DNA from: Candidatus Omnitrophota bacterium | GTDB taxonomy: Bacteria; Omnitrophota; Gorgyraeia; Gygaellales; Profunditerraquicolaceae | DNA: 64,000 nucleotides | Assembly (NCBI GenBank): GCA_050012075.1 | Contig: JBEKHW010000001.1 | Span: 68,766-132,765 of the forward strand | Direction of reading: 5' to 3' | Shown: positions 30,315 through 38,704 of the stretch, one piece after another | Layout: every line of letters begins with the position of its first letter | Numbering within the stretch: the stretch's first letter is position 1 | The notes under the pieces: generated by a model | Told to the model about the DNA's origin: nothing | The model's input: the letters and a program-made list of their open reading frames with translations, nothing else | The model's database searches: none | Translations under genes and position numbers: made by a program

Positions 30315-30393
30315 GTTCTAAAGTTCTATAGTTCTAATGTTCGTTAGTTTTACATTTAACTTTCGAACTTACGAACAAAAGAACTTGCGAACT
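30315..30393. repeat. Degenerate 8-bp tandem repeats in inverted arrangement
   Basis: GTTCTAAA/GTTCTATA/GTTCTAAT/GTTCGTTA followed by several ..GAAC.. units. Confidence 0.6.
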
Positions 30394-30394
30394 C

Positions 30395-30880
30395 CTAATA
30401 CGATATCGCTATTCTTTTGTTCTCCTCTTTATGTTTAAGTATAACTCCGTCTTCCTTGTATTTCTTAAGCAGAAAATGGGTAGCAGTGCCTTTTACATTC
30501 TCAAGCGGCGCAAGCTTTTCAGCTACAAAGCGGGCGACGGTATGAAGGTCTTTACCTTCTACAATCAAAAGCAGGTCATAGGTACCGGAAATAAGGTAAC
30601 AACTGGAAACCTCTGAAAACGAATAAATGCGCTCCGCGATTTTATCAAACCCTACATCCTTCTGGGGCGCTATGTTTACCTCTATAAGCGCGCGGCAGCT
30701 GGAGGACTCCTCCTTCACCAGGTCCTTGTTAAGCACTGTCTTATATTTTAAGATTACTCCCTCTTTCTCGTATTTCTTAATCGCGTCTTTGACGGCCTTT
30801 GCATTCTTCTTCAGCATCCTGGCAATATCTTCAGCCGGCATCCTTGCATCCTTCTCCAGAATCTCCAGTATTTCATCCAT
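30395..30880 (-). CDS. Lrp/AsnC family regulator (AlaR/YugG-like)
   Basis: N-terminal HTH (ILEILEKDAR), YLISGTYDL, THFLLKKYK; adjacent to the aminotransferase. Confidence 0.9.
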   Translation of the reverse strand: MDEILEILEKDARMPAEDIARMLKKNAKAVKDAIKKYEKEGVILKYKTVLNKDLVKEESSSCRALIEVNIAPQKDVGFDKIAERIYSFSEVSSCYLISGTYDLLLIVEGKDLHTVARFVAEKLAPLENVKGTATHFLLKKYKEDGVILKHKEENKRIAISY

Positions 30881-30901
30881 TATTTCCTCCCTCTTGCTTT
30901 C

Positions 30902-31291
30902 TTATTTTCTATCGCTTACAAACAGGGACAATTTTTTAAGCAGGGTATCTTCTAAAAACTTTAGCGTGAAAGGTTTGGTAAGGAATTCTTCCGCACCCAG
31001 GCTCTTTGCCCTTTCTATGCTGTGGCTGTCATCCAGGGCAGTAACCATAATTACCTTGATATTGCGGTCTACTTCCTTTATCTGGCGCAGAACCTCAAGC
31101 CCTGAATCAGAACCCAAGCGTACATCTAACAGCACGATATGGGGAGATTCTTTCTTGACGGCCTCCATCGCCTCTTGCGCGCTATAGGCGCCAAAGGTGC
31201 AGTAATTCCTTTTTCTCAGGAAATCGCGCGTGAGCTCGCAAACTTCCACTTCGTCATCCACTACCAGGACTTTAGTTATACCGGTAACCAT
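30902..31291 (-). CDS. Single-domain response regulator
   Basis: VLVVDDE, LLDVRL, MVTA and KPF motifs. Confidence 0.92.
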   Translation of the reverse strand: MVTGITKVLVVDDEVEVCELTRDFLRKRNYCTFGAYSAQEAMEAVKKESPHIVLLDVRLGSDSGLEVLRQIKEVDRNIKVIMVTALDDSHSIERAKSLGAEEFLTKPFTLKFLEDTLLKKLSLFVSDRK

Positions 31292-31355
31292 ATATGCGCC
31301 TAATTTTATCTCGGAATTCTTGCTGCAGAAGTGTAAAATAACCCAATTATTCTAT

Positions 31356-31383
31356 ATGATAGCATAATTGGGTTAAGGGTCAA
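31356..31383 (-). promoter_or_regulatory. sigma70-type promoter overlapped by a 12-bp inverted repeat
   Basis: TTGACC-N16-TATCAT; TAACCCAATTAT (31339-31350) pairs with ATAATTGGGTTA (31364-31375). Confidence 0.6.
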
Positions 31384-31444
31384 GCGCTTACTTAAGTGAG
31401 GACATAAATTATGGAGTTTTATATTAATATAATGTAACCGATGG

Positions 31445-32107
31445 TTAAAATCTTATACTAAGGTTACTTACCAATACGTTAGCATACGTCCATTTTGGCG
31501 AGCCCTTTTTGGAATTAAGCATATAACCGATACTAAAAGAGATGTTCTTGGTAAAACTGTAAGTTATGCCGGAGCTTGTGCGATGTTCCGTAATCCTGTT
31601 AAGCTTGCAATCGTAAAACGGCTCTTCGTTAAAATACGGCGCTATCTCGTGTTTACCTATTTTAAACCCTCTTGATAACTTTAAAGAATTCCTTAATACC
31701 GTTTTTGCCTTATCGAAATTGTATTCATAGCGGAACCTGTTTGAGATTTTAATATCAAAAAAATTCTCAAGAGTGATTTTTCCGGTAGTATCAAAATACG
31801 CCAAGTCAGACCTGTCCCACATATTCTGAGACTGCTTCTCTTGATACGCATAATAAGGAGCTATATCAAGATATTTGTTTATCTTAAAATACGGCCCGGT
31901 CTCTACCTTAAACAAGTAGTTGTAATCCATATCGTTCTTAAAGCGCCATTCAGTAACCACAACATAATCTACTGTTTTGGTGATGGGTACGGTATACGTT
32001 TCGTACGACCAGTATTCCCAGTCCCTGGAAGCAAATGCGCTTTGCAAGAATCCAAGAAATATCAGTAACGCTAGCACCGCAACCCGTATTCTCACCTTAT
32101 TCTTCAT
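31445..32107 (-). CDS. DUF2490-like outer-membrane beta-barrel protein
   Basis: Signal peptide, aromatic-rich beta strands, NRFRYE and E.F motifs, C-terminal Phe. Confidence 0.7.
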   Translation of the reverse strand: MKNKVRIRVAVLALLIFLGFLQSAFASRDWEYWSYETYTVPITKTVDYVVVTEWRFKNDMDYNYLFKVETGPYFKINKYLDIAPYYAYQEKQSQNMWDRSDLAYFDTTGKITLENFFDIKISNRFRYEYNFDKAKTVLRNSLKLSRGFKIGKHEIAPYFNEEPFYDCKLNRITEHRTSSGITYSFTKNISFSIGYMLNSKKGSPKWTYANVLVSNLSIRF

Positions 32108-32159
32108 GTTACTACATTGATATTTGGTAAATCTTTTTAAATTGAAATAGGGAAAAAAT

Positions 32160-33155
32160 TTAATGCGGGAGGAAACTCCGGATTAGAACATAGGCAACTG
32201 CGGATATCGCAGCCGAACAGGGAATAGTCAGTATCCAGGCCCAAACAATCCTGCCTGCCACTCCCCAGCGCACAGCACTAATCCTTTTTAACGAACCTAT
32301 ACCCATAATAGAACCGGTGATGGTATGAGTCGTACTTACCGGAATGCCAAAGGCAGTTGAAACAAAAAGCATAATCGCAGCACCCGATTCAGCGCAAAAC
32401 CCGTCAACGGGCTTAAGCTTTGCTACCTTCTGGCCCATGGTCTTAACAATGCGCCAACCACCGAACATTGTCCCCAATGCGATAGCGCTATGACAGGCGA
32501 TCACCACCCAAAAAGGAATATAAAATTTACTACCTAATAAGCCGGCGGTAAAAAGGAGGCTGGCAATAATCCCCATGGTCTTTTGCGCGTCATTCCCGCC
32601 ATGGCCTAAGCTGTACAATGCCGCGGACAATAACTGCCCTTTTCTAAAAATATGGTCTACTTTTGATGGGGCATTTTTTTTAAATAGCCGATAAACAATA
32701 ATGCCAAGCAGTAACCCTAAAATAAGCCCGGCTACCGGAGACACAAAGATAAATGTAACTGTCTTTATGATGCCCTTCCAGACAAGCGAGCCAGGCCCGG
32801 CCTTAACCAGCGCAGAGCCAATCATCCCGCCAATCAGCGCGTGAGAGGAACTCGTAGGCAAGCCAAAATACCAGGTGATAATATTCCATCCGCAGGCACC
32901 TACAAGCGTGCCGAAGATAATGCTTTTATCTATTACGGCTATATCTATAATCCCCTTGCCGATAGTGTTTGCGACATGTAACCCGAAGACAAGAAAGGCC
33001 ACGAAATTAAAAAAAGCCGCCCAGATAACGGCGTAGCGCGGGGATAAGACGCGGGTAGAAACAACAGTTGCGATGGAATTGGCTGAATCATGGAAACCGT
33101 TTAAGAAGTCAAAAAATAAAGCCAGAATAATCAGAAGTATGATCCCTAACAACAT
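32160..33155 (-). CDS. pit: PiT family inorganic phosphate transporter (start revised to 33155)
   Basis: NGFHDSANSIAT, HGGNDAQK and PVSTTH motifs. Confidence 0.95.
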   Translation of the reverse strand: MLLGIILLIILALFFDFLNGFHDSANSIATVVSTRVLSPRYAVIWAAFFNFVAFLVFGLHVANTIGKGIIDIAVIDKSIIFGTLVGACGWNIITWYFGLPTSSSHALIGGMIGSALVKAGPGSLVWKGIIKTVTFIFVSPVAGLILGLLLGIIVYRLFKKNAPSKVDHIFRKGQLLSAALYSLGHGGNDAQKTMGIIASLLFTAGLLGSKFYIPFWVVIACHSAIALGTMFGGWRIVKTMGQKVAKLKPVDGFCAESGAAIMLFVSTAFGIPVSTTHTITGSIMGIGSLKRISAVRWGVAGRIVWAWILTIPCSAAISAVAYVLIRSFLPH

Positions 33156-33156
33156 A

Positions 33157-33783
33157 TTATGCCTGTTTTGCCATAATTGAGCTGACCACATGCGCGACAT
33201 CTTCGCAAATATCAAGTACAGTTTCGGCGTCCTGATATATCTCTTTCATTTTTATTACCATAATCGGATCTTTTTGTTTTTCAAAGAGTTCAGCCAGGAC
33301 TTTATCCCTCATGGAATCTCCGACATTCTCCAGGCGGTTAACCTCAACGCAGGCATCCCATAATGACTTACTGTGTTTCATACTGCGCATGCCCTTGACT
33401 GCGCAGGCAACCGCTTTTACTGAATCCTCAATCACGTTAGAAAATTCAACCAGGTTTTTGTCAGTGCCCAATATCTTATAAACATTCATGCGGCTTATTA
33501 TGGTATTAATCATATCAATAACATCATCCAATTCCTTTACCAGGGTATGGATATCTTCGCGGTCAAAAGGCGTAATAAAGGTCTTATCCAGCCGGTTGAT
33601 GATTTCATGCGCCGCTTCATCCCCCTGATGCTCGATGTCGCGCATTTGCTCGAGCGCTTCATCACTTACGCGGTCACAAGACACCACCTCTTTCAGGTAC
33701 TTAGCGGCATCAATAGCAAAATCAACTTGTTTATCAAAAAGGTCGAAAAAATTACTGTCTTTAGGTAAAAATCTGAAAAACAT
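33157..33783 (-). CDS. DUF47 PhoU-like phosphate transport accessory protein
   Basis: EHQGD...FITPFDREDI and RLEN.GD motifs. Confidence 0.93.
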   Translation of the reverse strand: MFFRFLPKDSNFFDLFDKQVDFAIDAAKYLKEVVSCDRVSDEALEQMRDIEHQGDEAAHEIINRLDKTFITPFDREDIHTLVKELDDVIDMINTIISRMNVYKILGTDKNLVEFSNVIEDSVKAVACAVKGMRSMKHSKSLWDACVEVNRLENVGDSMRDKVLAELFEKQKDPIMVIKMKEIYQDAETVLDICEDVAHVVSSIMAKQA

Positions 33784-34532
33784 ATTAGTCCTCCCCTATA
33801 TTGATACTGCGTGTTTTTTTTTGAGTTTTTCTTCCCGCCGCAGGCATTGACGCAGACCCCGCAGATATACTGGTCAACCAGCCGCTGCTTCTGGAATTCC
33901 TTTAATTTTTCAAGACATTTAATGCGATCGAAATCCGGAGGGTTTTCTTTAATTGCTCCTGCAGGACACATTATAACACAACTCCTGCAATTTCCACAAT
34001 TTTCTTTTGTGGGACTATCCAATCTTAACGGCATATCGGTAAGAATAGTGCTTAGGCGAAATTGGCTGCCGAGATTCTTATTAACCAGCAGGTTATTCCT
34101 GCCAATCCAACCAAGGCCCGCAAGCTCTCCGATTTTCTTATGCGAAAGGTGGCCTGTCTGCTTCTGCCAATCCACGATCTGGCTTGCCGGAATGGGCAAT
34201 GCCAGAAATCCTTTCTGCTGGATAAAATTCGCGACTTTAAGGGTCAGCTGGTCCAAAAGCGCGTTTGCAGTCTTATAGTGGTAGAAGTACAGCTTGGTGG
34301 GGGCATTTTCAATTTCTTCGAGGACGCTGGAGGACAACCTGACACCTAAACTTATTGCTTTATCAAATTTATCCAGGACTTTTTTGGCTAACGCAAAGTC
34401 ATTCTTTATCTCTTTTATACCGGCGACGCCGAACAATTCTACCCCTGAATTTACCGCTAATTTCCTTAAGGCAAGGTAATTTTTATTTAGCCCTGTGACT
34501 TTGTGACGTGGTGACTTTGTGGCCCTACTCAT
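33693..34532 (-). CDS. QueG/reductive-dehalogenase-like 4Fe-4S protein
   Basis: AGLGWIGRNNLL, CxxCxxCxxxCP and CGVCVNAC motifs; 3' end overlaps the next gene by ~90 bp. Confidence 0.8.
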   Translation of the reverse strand: MSRATKSPRHKVTGLNKNYLALRKLAVNSGVELFGVAGIKEIKNDFALAKKVLDKFDKAISLGVRLSSSVLEEIENAPTKLYFYHYKTANALLDQLTLKVANFIQQKGFLALPIPASQIVDWQKQTGHLSHKKIGELAGLGWIGRNNLLVNKNLGSQFRLSTILTDMPLRLDSPTKENCGNCRSCVIMCPAGAIKENPPDFDRIKCLEKLKEFQKQRLVDQYICGVCVNACGGKKNSKKNTQYQYRGGLICFSDFYLKTVIFSTFLINKLILLLMPLST

Positions 34533-36387
34533 TATTTGCCTTCCTAAGATATATCATCAATATGGAAACCGCGGCAGGAGTTACTCCGGAAATGCGCGAT
34601 GCCTGGCCAAGGTTTATCGGCTTAAATTTATCCAGCTTTTCTTTTATCTCGCGGGAAAGTCCGTTTATGGAAACGTAATTTAGGTCTCCTGGTATCCGTA
34701 TCTTCTCCAGGTTCCTGAACCGCTCTACATCCTTATATTGCCTCTGTATAAACCCGGAATATTTTACTTCAATTTCTACCTGTGGCAAAGCTAATTCTGG
34801 TATATTTATCCCTACCTGTCGCAACCCTTTTAATGTCTGGATATTAACCTGCGGCCGCTTAAGAAGCTCTTCCAGAGTTGCACTTTTATTTAGAAGAGAA
34901 GAATTTACCCCGGCAAGCATCGAATTCAATTCCTGGTCCGGCTTTATCCTTGTTTTCTTCAAGAATGCTATCCCTGTTTCTATGGCGCGGATTTTTTCTT
35001 CTGTCTTGCGGTATTCATCGTGGCTGACTAAACCTATATCCACGCCTATCCTGCGTAACCTCGTATCCGCGTTATCCTGGCGCAAAATCAGGCGGTATTC
35101 TACTCGCGAGGTAAACATCCGGTACGGCTCATTCGTGCCTTTAGTGGTCAGGTCATCTATAAGCACTCCGATATAGCTGTTAGAACGTTCCAGTATCAAC
35201 GACCCTTTACCTTTTATCCGTAATGCCGCATTAATTCCTGCAACCAAACCCTGGGCCGCTGCTTCTTCGTAACCGGTGGTTCCGTTAATCTGGCCGGCAA
35301 AATACAGGTTCCTGATTAATTTTGTTTCTAATGTAGGATACAACTGGGTCGGCTCAGCTACGGTATGCTCTATGCCGTATCCAAAAGTAATTGCCCTTGC
35401 CTTCTCCAGCCCCTCAATAGAATGTATCATCTCTAATTGCACTTCTTCGGGAAGGCTTGTCGATAAACCGTTGGGATAAACGCGTTCCGTATCAAGCCCC
35501 TGTGGCTCAAGGAATATCTGATGCCTTTCTCTGTCGGAGAATTTTACTACTTTATCTTCTATAGAAGGGCAGTACCTGACCCCCGTGGCTTTAATTATGC
35601 CGGTATATAGCGGAGACTTATCCAGATTATCAAGGATAATTTTATGGGTATTTTTATTGGTATAAGTAATGTGGCAGGGGACCTGCTTGCGCGTTATCTT
35701 CTCAGTTGAAAAAGAGAACGGCGTGGGGCAAGGATCTCCTTCCTGGATTTTAAGCCGGCTGTAATCAATGGAATCCTTATCTAGCCTGGCACAGGTACCG
35801 GTCTTAAAACGCATTAATCTAAACCTAAGCTCCTTTAGATTATTTGCCAGGCAGATACTTGCCGGTTCATTGATGCGCCCTGCGCTTTTATGTTTTAGGC
35901 CCACGTGTATCAGGCCGTCAAGGAATGTCCCCGGACACAGGACTATAGAATCGGTAAGAATTTCTTCCCCCTTTTCGGTAATTAGCCCCTTTATGGTATT
36001 GTTTTCGACAATCAGTTTCTGTACCTCGGCCTCTTTTATAAACAGACCTTCCTGGCCGGCGACCAGCTCTTTCATATAATTATTATACCTGTACATGTCT
36101 ATTTGAGCCCGCAGGGATTGCACTGCCGGCCCCTTGGAGGCATTAAGCATGCGGAATTGGATAGCGCAGGAATCAGCGGCGACTCCCATTACCCCGCCAA
36201 GGGCATCGACCTCTTTTACCAACTGGGCCTTGCCTACCCCGCCAATAGCGGGATTACAACTCATTAATCCTATATTTTCGCGCTTAAGCGTGATTAACAG
36301 GGTCCTGCAATGCATGCGGCTTGTGGCAATTGCCGCTTCAATACCGGCATGCCCTGCCCCGATGACCACCACATCATACTTTTCCAT
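34525..36387 (-). CDS. mnmG: tRNA modification enzyme MnmG/GidA (start revised to 36387)
   Basis: GAGHAG.EAA, MSCNPAIGG, RYCPSIEDK and AGQINGTTGYEEAAAQG motifs. Confidence 0.97.
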   Translation of the reverse strand: MEKYDVVVIGAGHAGIEAAIATSRMHCRTLLITLKRENIGLMSCNPAIGGVGKAQLVKEVDALGGVMGVAADSCAIQFRMLNASKGPAVQSLRAQIDMYRYNNYMKELVAGQEGLFIKEAEVQKLIVENNTIKGLITEKGEEILTDSIVLCPGTFLDGLIHVGLKHKSAGRINEPASICLANNLKELRFRLMRFKTGTCARLDKDSIDYSRLKIQEGDPCPTPFSFSTEKITRKQVPCHITYTNKNTHKIILDNLDKSPLYTGIIKATGVRYCPSIEDKVVKFSDRERHQIFLEPQGLDTERVYPNGLSTSLPEEVQLEMIHSIEGLEKARAITFGYGIEHTVAEPTQLYPTLETKLIRNLYFAGQINGTTGYEEAAAQGLVAGINAALRIKGKGSLILERSNSYIGVLIDDLTTKGTNEPYRMFTSRVEYRLILRQDNADTRLRRIGVDIGLVSHDEYRKTEEKIRAIETGIAFLKKTRIKPDQELNSMLAGVNSSLLNKSATLEELLKRPQVNIQTLKGLRQVGINIPELALPQVEIEVKYSGFIQRQYKDVERFRNLEKIRIPGDLNYVSINGLSREIKEKLDKFKPINLGQASRISGVTPAAVSILMIYLRKANNE

Positions 36388-36397
36388 AAGCAACTTA

Positions 36398-37005
36398 GGG
36401 ACGGTTCTCAATCCAAAGCGAAAAGTGTCCCTTTTTAGTGTTAGAAAATTGTGTTTTAAACGTCTAGTATAGTTGGAGGTGACAGATATGCCAAGAACAG
36501 CAAGGCTTACTATTAAAAACGGATGTTACCATGTTATCACAAGAGGGAATCAAAAACAATCGGTTTTTGGAGATACGCGGGACTACGAAAAATATCTACA
36601 ATTTTTAGTTAGATACAGAAAACGTTATAAGTTCAGACTGTATTGTTTTTGCTTCATGCCAAACCACGTGCACCTTGTTATCGAAGTGAATGATCCCCAG
36701 AATTTGGAAAAGATTATGCGGGGAATAAACCTAAGTTACACACTCTATTTTAATTTTAAATACAAAAAGGTAGGGCATCTCTGGCAGGATAGATTTATGA
36801 GTAAAATTCTATATAAAGATAAATACCTGTTAGATTGTATAAACTACATTGAAACAAATCCTGTTAGGGCTAACTTAGTGAATAATATCACTGAATATCT
36901 ATGGAGTAGCTATAAGCTACGCTTAACTCAAAAACAAAACATTCTAGATATACCTGAAATCTGAATTTCTGGGGACACTTCTCCGATTGAATTAAGAACC
37001 GTCCC
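36398..37005 (+). mobile_element. RAYT (REP-associated tyrosine transposase) locus bounded by inverted REP sequences
   Basis: Left REP 36398-36431 and right REP 36971-37005; AT-rich interior; the only clear plus-strand gene in the window. Confidence 0.88.
36488..36964 (+). CDS. REP-associated Y1 HUH transposase
   Basis: YHVITRGN, MPNHVHL (HUH), LWQDRF, YIETNP and WSSY motifs; SD GGAGG. Confidence 0.93.
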   Translation: MPRTARLTIKNGCYHVITRGNQKQSVFGDTRDYEKYLQFLVRYRKRYKFRLYCFCFMPNHVHLVIEVNDPQNLEKIMRGINLSYTLYFNFKYKKVGHLWQDRFMSKILYKDKYLLDCINYIETNPVRANLVNNITEYLWSSYKLRLTQKQNILDIPEI

Positions 37006-37009
37006 TAGG

Positions 37010-37336
37010 TTATGAAAAGGAAAGGCCTGTATTATCAGGAGGGATATAGATTTTACTATCTTCGCCGAAGTCCAACCCGTGCTGCCAGAGGCCGTTATTA
37101 ATTTCTTTGGACCAAACCACAGTTGCTTGCTTAGAGAGGTTTTCCCGGGATATAAAAGGCGCGCTAATAACCAGGTTAATCTTCTGGTTAATGGCCAGGG
37201 CCATATGCGAAAGAATCCCTGCGCCCCGCGCGCTTAAGTCCTTCAAAATAGAGGATTGTTCCGTGCCTTCGGGTGCGGATAGGAAACAGGAACGGTTTAC
37301 CTTAAAACGGTTATATGACCTTCTATAAGCTGGCAT
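37010..37336 (-). CDS. PilZ domain protein
   Basis: RRSYNR and DLSARG motifs. Confidence 0.85.
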   Translation of the reverse strand: MPAYRRSYNRFKVNRSCFLSAPEGTEQSSILKDLSARGAGILSHMALAINQKINLVISAPFISRENLSKQATVVWSKEINNGLWQHGLDFGEDSKIYIPPDNTGLSFS

Positions 37337-37416
37337 GGCTTATGAAAGAAACTCCTCCATAAGAAATATAACATATTACTCGCCTGAAAACAAGGTGTCA
37401 CGGCAATTTATAATTA

Positions 37417-38700
37417 CTATTGCCCTGCTGATTTTACCAGAAGAGGCATGATTTCCCGGCCCAGAATTGGGCCTATTGAGCCGAGTTTTGCTGCTTTCTC
37501 GGAGAAACTGAGAGAGCCATCCGCAGGCACATTGCCTCCGGAAACAAGGAGCGGGACTGGATCTGCGGAATGCGCCTTAATCGCGCAGACAGTGGAGTGG
37601 TCTGCCGTTACCGCCACGATAGTATCGTTAATATCCAGTTTAGGCAGGAGGCTTGAGAAGAAATATTTATCTATGGCTTCGATGATTTCTTTCTTGAGCA
37701 AGAAATCTCCGTCGTGCGCCGGCTCATCCGGGCCTTTGATGTGGACGTAAATCCCATCATACTTACTTAAGGATTCCAGCGCCACCTTTGCCCACACCGG
37801 ATAATCTACGTCCAGGTGGCCGCTTGAATCAGGGATTTCGATTATATCCATGCCCGTTAAAAGCGCTATGCCTTTCTCAACAGGCATCTGCACGAAAGAA
37901 CCAAATTTCAGGTTAAAAATACTGCTTATAGGAGGGAATTTAGGCAGGTGGTCGCCTGCGTCACGCGATAAGATTATATTGCCGGGGAGTTTTCCTTCAG
38001 AAACCCTTTTTTTGTTCACCGGGGAGTCATTGAGTACTTTATGGGATTTCTGGGTAAATTCATTAAGGAGTGCCGCTGCTTCTTTCGCCTCTTTCAGCTC
38101 TTCATATCCGGGCATAGCCTCGGACGTGGCCACAAAGTTTTCAAACTTCTCCTTAGCGACGCCAAAAACCCCTTCCCTGTCATAAGCGGGGTCAGTATTG
38201 GTAATCCAGCCGGATAGTTTTGAATGCATTCCGCGTATCACCAACACGCCGCGGTGGCCTATCGTATTCTTGAATTCAAAAGTGGCATTCGACAAAGTAA
38301 CCTTGGAATTAATCTCCTTGCTTAAAGCCGTGGCCTCATCAGTGCTCAGGTTTCTTCCTACGCGCCTGTCTTTAATGGTTGAGCCATCCTCGGCAACTGT
38401 AGCAAAATTAACCCGGAAAGCAACATCTCCGTCATTTACGGCAAGGCCTTCAGCAAAAGATTCCAAAGGCCCTCTTCCCGTATAGTATTTATGCGCGTCA
38501 TAGCCCAATAAGCTGATTACCGCGATATCGGATTCCGGGGCAATACCTTTTGCTACCGGGTAAACCAGGCCTGTCTTTCCCTTCTGCGCAAGGCGGTCCA
38601 TATTCGGCGTTAATGCGGCTTCAAGGGGAGTCTTATTACCCAACTCTTTTAAAGGCAGGTCGCCTAATCCGTCTAAAACTATATAAAGTATTTTTTTCAT
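37417..38700 (-). CDS. apgM: 2,3-bisphosphoglycerate-independent phosphoglycerate mutase, ApgM type (start revised to 38700)
   Basis: DGLGD, TPLEAA.TP.MD, TGRGPLE, DEPAHDG and TADHST motifs. Confidence 0.9.
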   Translation of the reverse strand: MKKILYIVLDGLGDLPLKELGNKTPLEAALTPNMDRLAQKGKTGLVYPVAKGIAPESDIAVISLLGYDAHKYYTGRGPLESFAEGLAVNDGDVAFRVNFATVAEDGSTIKDRRVGRNLSTDEATALSKEINSKVTLSNATFEFKNTIGHRGVLVIRGMHSKLSGWITNTDPAYDREGVFGVAKEKFENFVATSEAMPGYEELKEAKEAAALLNEFTQKSHKVLNDSPVNKKRVSEGKLPGNIILSRDAGDHLPKFPPISSIFNLKFGSFVQMPVEKGIALLTGMDIIEIPDSSGHLDVDYPVWAKVALESLSKYDGIYVHIKGPDEPAHDGDFLLKKEIIEAIDKYFFSSLLPKLDINDTIVAVTADHSTVCAIKAHSADPVPLLVSGGNVPADGSLSFSEKAAKLGSIGPILGREIMPLLVKSAGQ

Positions 38701-38704
38701 TGGT

